Of a stretch of 64,000 bases of DNA, positions 59,082-64,000 are shown in pieces. The translations under genes were made by a program, and so were the position numbers. Source of the stretch: Mariniphaga sp. (GTDB taxonomy: Bacteria; Bacteroidota; Bacteroidia; Bacteroidales; Prolixibacteraceae); NCBI GenBank assembly GCA_024636975.1, contig JAGXGA010000022.1:7122-71121 (forward strand). The letters are read 5' to 3'. The notes under the pieces were generated by a model. The model was not told where the DNA came from and ran no database searches. It saw only the letters and a list, made by a program, of their open reading frames with translations. Position 1 is the stretch's first letter; each line of letters begins with the position of its first letter.

Positions 59082-59089
59082 TATCTTTG
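59082..59089 (+). promoter_or_regulatory. Bacteroidota -7 promoter box (TAnnTTTG) upstream of era
   Basis: TATCTTTG lies 113 nt upstream of the era ATG. This is a motif match only. Confidence 0.25.
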
Positions 59090-59202
59090 CGCTGATTTTT
59101 AGCAGTTTGTCCGGCCCTCATCATTACCGGTTGTAAATGATGTAATTTGAACAGGTTTTGAATGCCGGATTATGGAATAGTAACAGAAAGCAGAAACAAT
59201 AA

Positions 59203-60087
59203 ATGACACATAAAGCAGGATTTGTAAATATAGTTGGAAACCCGAATGTGGGCAAATCGACCCTGATGAATGCCCTGGTAGGGGAGAAATTATCAATTAT
59301 CACCAAAAAGATGCAGACCACCCGTCACCGCATTAAAGGCATTGTGAACGGAGAGGATTTTCAGATTGTTTATTCCGATACGCCCGGAATATTGAAGCCG
59401 GGATATAAGCTTCAGGAGACCATGATGAAGTTTGTAGACACAGCTCTTACCGATGCCGATGTAATACTTTTTGTAACCGATGTGGTGGAAAAACAAGGTA
59501 AAAATCCTGATTACATCGAGCGCATCCGCAAATCGAATGTGCCGGTAATTGCGGTCATTAATAAAATTGATTTATCGGACCAGGAAAAAGTAACCCGGTT
59601 GTTCGATTACTGGAGCGAAGTTTTCCCCGGGGGCAGCATTTACCCGGTTTCGGCACAGGAGAAATTTAACCTTGAACCGGTATTCAACCGTATCCTTGAA
59701 CTTCTTCCTGAGAATCCTCCGTTTTTTGGAAAAGATGAATTTACCGACAGGAACGAAAGGTTTTTCATGCAGGAGATCATCCGCGAAAAAATATTGATGC
59801 ATTATGAGAAGGAGATTCCTTACTCTGTGGAAGTTGAGGTGGAAACGTTTAAAGAAAAGGGAGGTCTTATTGAAGTCAGGGCGGTAATCCATGTTGTCCG
59901 CGACAGCCAGAAAGGCATTATCATTGGTAAGGCCGGTAAAATGCTTAAAATCATTGGCAGCGAAGCCCGGCTCGATGCCGAGGAGTTTTTTGGAAAAAAA
60001 ATTTTCCTGGAATTGTATGTAAAGGTTTCCAAGGACTGGCGCGAAAAGGACAATCAGCTTAAAAATTTTGGTTACGGAGAATATTGA
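59203..60087 (+). CDS. era: GTPase Era
   Basis: [14 protein letters not shown] (G1), DTPG (G3) and NKID (G4) are followed by a C-terminal KH domain. Confidence 0.95.
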   Translation: MTHKAGFVNIVGNPNVGKSTLMNALVGEKLSIITKKMQTTRHRIKGIVNGEDFQIVYSDTPGILKPGYKLQETMMKFVDTALTDADVILFVTDVVEKQGKNPDYIERIRKSNVPVIAVINKIDLSDQEKVTRLFDYWSEVFPGGSIYPVSAQEKFNLEPVFNRILELLPENPPFFGKDEFTDRNERFFMQEIIREKILMHYEKEIPYSVEVEVETFKEKGGLIEVRAVIHVVRDSQKGIIIGKAGKMLKIIGSEARLDAEEFFGKKIFLELYVKVSKDWREKDNQLKNFGYGEY

Positions 60088-60168
60088 TTCAGGCAAGTTT
60101 CGAATTCAGTTACAGAAGCAGGGCAACATATAATTGTTAATGTTTCCCGACAAATTACATTTGATAAA

Positions 60169-61479
60169 ATGAGCAGCAGAATATTAGCTATAGTAGGAAG
60201 GCCTAATGTGGGCAAATCGACTTTATTCAACCGGCTTACCGAAACGCGGGAGGCCATAGTTGATGAGGTGTCGGGTGTTACCCGCGACCGTAATTACGGT
60301 AAGGCAGAATGGAATGGGAAGATTTTTTCAGTTATCGATACCGGAGGATACGTAGTCAATTCAGACGATGTGTTTGAGTCGGAAATTAATAAACAGGTGC
60401 ATCTGGCTATTGAAGAAGCTGATGTGATTCTTTTTGTTACCGATGTGGAATCGGGAATTACCGATCTCGATGATGCCATTGCTGCCATTTTACGCAGAGC
60501 CAGAAAGAAAGTTGTGGTTGCCGTAAACAAGGTGGATAACAATATGCGCATTGCGGATGCCCAGGAGTTTTATGGGCTGGGATTGGGAGAAATCTATACC
60601 ATCTCCTCGATGACCGGCAGCGGAACGGGCGATCTGCTCGACAAGGTGGCCGAACAGTTTCCCGATGATGCAGGAAATGAGGAGGAACATGAACTGCCAT
60701 ATTTTTCAGTGGTAGGACGACCCAATGTTGGTAAATCGTCGTTCATTAACAGCCTCCTCGGTGAAGACAGGTATATTGTTACGGATGTGGCCGGTACTAC
60801 ACGGGACTCTATCCATACCCGCTATAATAAATTCGGGCATGATTTCATAATTATCGATACCGCCGGCCTCCGTAAAAAGGGAAAGGTTCATGAGAATATT
60901 GAGTTCTACTCTGTGCTGCGCTCTGTGCGTACCATCGAAAGTTCGGATGTATGCATGCTCATGGTTGATGCCACCCGCGGTATGGAAGCACAGGATGTAA
61001 GCATCTTTAACCTGATTGTACGTAACAAAAAGGGGGTGGTAATACTTGTGAATAAATGGGATGTCATCGAAAAAGACCAGCATTCAACCAAAAAGATGGA
61101 GGCTGAAATCCGTGAACGCATTGCACCTTTTAATGATGTGCCGGTGCTTTTTATTTCAGCGCTGACCAAACAACGGGTGCATAAGTCACTCGATGTGGCC
61201 ATGCAGGTATTTAAAAACCGGCAGCAGCGCATTAAAACATCCAAGCTAAACGATGTGTTGCTGGAAGCCATTGAGAAATACCCGCCTCCCTCGGTAAAAG
61301 GGAAGTACATCAAAATAAAATTTGTCACGCAGTTACCCTCACCAACCCCATCATTTGCACTGTTTGCCAACTTACCGCAATACGTTAAAGAACCCTATAA
61401 GCGGTATATTGAAAACCAGATCCGTGAGAATTTTGACTTCACAGGCGTGCCCATTCAGGTTTATTTCAGGCAGAAGTAG
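60169..61479 (+). CDS. der: Ribosome-associated GTPase Der (EngA), two tandem GTPase domains
   Basis: [12 protein letters not shown] and [12 protein letters not shown] are G1 motifs. Two DTGG/DTAG and NKVD/NKWD sets are followed by a KH-like C-terminus. Confidence 0.95.
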   Translation: MSSRILAIVGRPNVGKSTLFNRLTETREAIVDEVSGVTRDRNYGKAEWNGKIFSVIDTGGYVVNSDDVFESEINKQVHLAIEEADVILFVTDVESGITDLDDAIAAILRRARKKVVVAVNKVDNNMRIADAQEFYGLGLGEIYTISSMTGSGTGDLLDKVAEQFPDDAGNEEEHELPYFSVVGRPNVGKSSFINSLLGEDRYIVTDVAGTTRDSIHTRYNKFGHDFIIIDTAGLRKKGKVHENIEFYSVLRSVRTIESSDVCMLMVDATRGMEAQDVSIFNLIVRNKKGVVILVNKWDVIEKDQHSTKKMEAEIRERIAPFNDVPVLFISALTKQRVHKSLDVAMQVFKNRQQRIKTSKLNDVLLEAIEKYPPPSVKGKYIKIKFVTQLPSPTPSFALFANLPQYVKEPYKRYIENQIRENFDFTGVPIQVYFRQK

Positions 61480-61489
61480 CTCTGAGGAA

Positions 61490-61566
61490 GTTTAAAGTTA
61501 AAGGTTTAAAGTTTAAAGAGGTTTGAAGTTCAGAGTTCAGGGTTCGAGGTTCCCTGTTCCCTGTTA
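61490..61566. repeat. Degenerating 7-8-bp tandem repeat directly after the der stop
   Basis: The units read gtttaaag ttaaag gtttaaag tttaaag ag gtttgaag ttcagag ttcaggg ttcgagg ttccctg ttccctg. Confidence 0.6.
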
Positions 61567-61671
61567 AATTTGCTTAAGCAATAATATTTTATAAATAAGA
61601 TGTAAAAGTTGACAAACAAAGCAACTGGTGAGACTTTCTCAAGTGTAGGAGGAAAGCCATGTAGCCCTCCT

Positions 61672-61805
61672 ACGGGCTGAAAGCCCAGATTATTCAGCCC
61701 GGTGGCAGCGCCCCGGGTAAGTAGAGCAATCATCCCCCGCAGCGCAAGCACTGACTCCGATTGAAATGCAAACATCGCATGCGCCGTTTTCTCCGGCCTG
61801 AATGG
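61672..61805 (+). repeat. Repeat family A, copy 2
   Basis: It reads acgggctgaaagcccag..ttcagcccggtggcagcgccccgggtaag...ccgattgaaatgcaaacat...ctccggcctg and is collinear with 49415-49545. Confidence 0.75.
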
Positions 61806-61956
61806 ATACGAGTTGTAAACACTAATTAATCGAATTGTATTTAATTAAGGATTTAGTTTTATGATAGAAATATTGGAGGTAGAAGAAATGACTCCTTTCC
61901 ACCAATCTACATCTAATCTCATTAAATCAAAAATAAATTTCCACTCTTCCAATTTA

Positions 61957-62150
61957 TTATGAGGCTAAAGCCAAATGAGATTAATGCTCTCTCAACCCGT
62001 TGGCTAAAGCCCCACGGCAATAAATCACCACTTAATCACTACTTAATCTTACTTAATCACCCTGTCAAATTTTGATGAGGCTAAAGCCACTGGAGGTGAA
62101 TGCTCCATCAACCCATTGGCCCAGCGGCAATAATCCCATAAATCACCACA
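61957..62150 (+). repeat. Repeat family C: two ~75-bp direct copies (61957-62032 and 62072-62150) separated by acttaatc micro-repeats
   Basis: Copy 1 reads tgaggctaaagcc..atgctc..caacccgttggc..cggcaataa..atcaccac. Copy 2 reads tgaggctaaagcc..atgctccatcaacccattggc..cggcaataa..atcaccac. Confidence 0.7.
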
Positions 62151-62236
62151 TCATTTCAATAAATTACAACCACCTTTCCAATTATTAATGCATTTTTTAT
62201 TCGATTTTCGTAAATTAGTTGTTTAAAACTACAACT

Positions 62237-62545
62237 ATGTTTATAGTCCATGTATTTGTTCATGTGAAAGATAATCTGGAGGAGGAATTTCGTGCTGCAA
62301 CCATTGAGAATGCCCGCAGCAGTTTGCAGGAACCGGGTGTTGCACGATTTGATTTGGTACAGCAGCAGGATGATCCTGCGCGGTTTGTGCTGGTTGAGGT
62401 GTACCGGCAGCCGGAAGATGCAGCAAGGCATAAGGAAACCGGTCATTATAAAAAATGGCGTGATGCTGTGGAAATTATGATGGCAGAGCCGCGCAGCAGC
62501 ATTAAGTTTTCAAATGTATTTCCAATGGAAGAAGGATGGGGTTAA
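62237..62545 (+). CDS. Antibiotic-biosynthesis-monooxygenase (ABM/Dabb-fold) domain protein
   Basis: It has the ~100-aa ferredoxin-like pattern [11 protein letters not shown]...[20 protein letters not shown]...[11 protein letters not shown] prefer the ATG at 62237 over the TTG at 62219. Confidence 0.65.
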   Translation: MFIVHVFVHVKDNLEEEFRAATIENARSSLQEPGVARFDLVQQQDDPARFVLVEVYRQPEDAARHKETGHYKKWRDAVEIMMAEPRSSIKFSNVFPMEEGWG

Positions 62546-63693
62546 ATTTTGAATATGCTACGGCCACTAAGATCATTTTTGGTGCAGGCAAAATCAAAAA
62601 TTTGCCGCAGCTGCTGAATGACTCCGGCAGGAGAGTCATGCTGGTCACCGGAAAGAATTCCGGCAGGTATGATGATCTGTTTCAGATACTGTACAAGGAG
62701 AACTTTGAAATTACCACATTCGCCATTCCCTCGGAACCTGCAACTGATGTTGTTTCTGAGGGTACAGAACTGACGCGGGAGAAAGGGTGCACAGTTGTTG
62801 TGGGGTTGGGTGGCGGCAGCGCAATAGACGGTGCCAAGGCCATTGCTGCACTAGCTCCCAATAGGGGCAATATAACCGATTACCTCGAGGTGATTGGCAA
62901 GGGAAAAGCGCTGGAGCAAAACCCGCTGCCGTTTATAGCCGTTCCAACCACTGCCGGCACAGGAGCTGAAGTTACCAAAAATGCTGTCATCCTTTCCCCT
63001 GAGCATAAGGTGAAGGTCAGTCTCCGCAGTGATTTAATGTTTCCCCGGGTTGCGGTTATCGACCCGGAGCTGACTTTTTCGATGACTCCTGAAATTACTG
63101 CAGCTACCGGTATGGATGCCCTGACGCATCTTCTTGAAACTTTTGTGTCGAATCAGTCGAATCCTTTCATCGACTCTCTGTGCCGTGAGGGGATGTACAG
63201 AATTTCCGCCTCCCTTGAAACAGCTTATGATGATGGCAGCAACCGTGTTGCACGTGAGGATATGGCATTTGCTGCCATGTTGGGTGGAATGGCTCTTGCA
63301 AATGTGAAACTGGGTGCTGTGCATGGTTTTGCCGGCCCAATGGGAGGAATGTTTTCTGTTCCGCATGGCGCTGTTTGTGCCACCTTACTGCCGGCTGTTA
63401 TGAAGGTTAATTACAAGGCAGTGAAGGAACAAAACCTGCAGTATGCTGTTGAAAAGTATCACGAGCTGGGGCGCATACTGACAAGAAACTCAAAGGCTGC
63501 TGCGCACGATGGTATCGAATGGGTGGAGCGGATGATTCAAAAATTGCAGATACCACGGCTTTCCTCCTTTGGGTTGTCTTCATCCGACTTTCCCTCATTG
63601 GTAGAAAAGGCAAAGGATGCCAGCAGCATGAAGGGCAATCCGGTAGCGCTTTCCGACGAGGAACTTTATGAGGTGCTGGAGCTGTCTGGATAA
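62536..63693 (+). CDS. Iron-containing (group III) alcohol dehydrogenase
   Basis: It has [24 protein letters not shown] and the His-rich metal region ([10 protein letters not shown]..). Its start overlaps the ABM gene stop by 10 nt. Confidence 0.85.
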   Translation: MGLNFEYATATKIIFGAGKIKNLPQLLNDSGRRVMLVTGKNSGRYDDLFQILYKENFEITTFAIPSEPATDVVSEGTELTREKGCTVVVGLGGGSAIDGAKAIAALAPNRGNITDYLEVIGKGKALEQNPLPFIAVPTTAGTGAEVTKNAVILSPEHKVKVSLRSDLMFPRVAVIDPELTFSMTPEITAATGMDALTHLLETFVSNQSNPFIDSLCREGMYRISASLETAYDDGSNRVAREDMAFAAMLGGMALANVKLGAVHGFAGPMGGMFSVPHGAVCATLLPAVMKVNYKAVKEQNLQYAVEKYHELGRILTRNSKAAAHDGIEWVERMIQKLQIPRLSSFGLSSSDFPSLVEKAKDASSMKGNPVALSDEELYEVLELSG

Positions 63694-63710
63694 GGGAAAG
63701 ATGCGAATTT

Positions 63711-64000
63711 TAGATACAACACGTACAGACCATTACTATCGACCAGTTCAGCGTGGATGGGTAAATGCTTTCCGAACGGCAAGCATCCAAAACAAACTCA
63801 ATGAACTGGACGGGTGGATTCGCAACCGGCTCCGCTACTGCGTATGGTTCCGATTCATCGGGAGAGCCGTTCACGAAAGGGTGGATGTCCGTCAGCTGAC
63901 GGACAAAGCCCTCCCGATGGCTATCGGGATTGGAACTACAATTACTGTTGAACGATTGAAGAAACGGGGTTACGTTCCTTTGCTGGAACTCTACAATCAA
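63711..64000 (+). pseudogene. Group II intron maturase (domain X)-like fragment, 5'-truncated, open to the window end
   Basis: The plus-strand frame has no stop from 63711 to 64000. It reads ...YYRPVQRGWVNAFRTASIQNKLNELDGWIRNRLRYCVW...GTTITVERLKKRGYVPLLELY. This resembles the RGWxNYF...LDxWIRRRLR maturase block and the C-terminal tail. The reverse-transcriptase part is absent because the ADH gene ends 17 nt upstream. Confidence 0.45.

Noticed and set aside
53480-59202. Calling the AT-rich cassette an integrative element or prophage remnant
   Set aside because: No integrase or recombinase, tRNA target, phage structural gene or long att-type repeat is visible. Only a dead Y1 transposase stub and short REP-like repeats are present, so I report it as a compositional island only.
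1-64000. Search for tRNA, rRNA, tmRNA or riboswitch-like elements in the larger spacers (5219-5659, 18591-18907, 19889-20318, 36658-36867, 47519-47768)
   Set aside because: By eye I saw no cloverleaf-compatible arms and no conserved riboswitch cores. These spacers look like ordinary AT-rich promoter regions, but a covariance-model scan would be needed to be sure.

Overview
This looks like a Bacteroidota chromosomal segment. Supporting signs are T9SS/gliding genes, a T9SS C-terminal sorting domain, a TonB-dependent receptor and TAnnTTTG promoter-like boxes. Most of the window is ordinary: ppa, a small polysaccharide-modification cluster, exported redox enzymes and an amino-sugar module (ROK regulator, long NagB-LmbE fusion, nagB). 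It also holds a ZnuABC-like transporter, yidD, glucokinase, a T9SS-secreted M1 aminopeptidase and a NikR-fold regulator next to a TonB receptor. The complete porP-gldK-gldL-gldM-gldN T9SS core operon is present with an extra gldK paralogue, followed by topA, PBP1A, a MacAB/TolC-type efflux operon, era and der. I found no rRNA, tRNA or CRISPR array. The stand-out region is about 49.3-62.2 kb, where genes are separated by long non-coding stretches packed with GC-rich hairpin repeat families. There, a roughly 5 kb strongly AT-rich insert carries one 1582-aa ORF (53718..58466, minus strand). This ORF fuses a sacsin/MORC-type GHKL ATPase to an Upf1-like SF1 helicase and sits beside a frameshifted IS200/RAYT-type transposase stub. 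It is my best candidate for an undescribed, defence-like single-gene system. The window ends in a group II intron maturase-like fragment. All calls rest on reading translations and motifs by eye; no database search was run.
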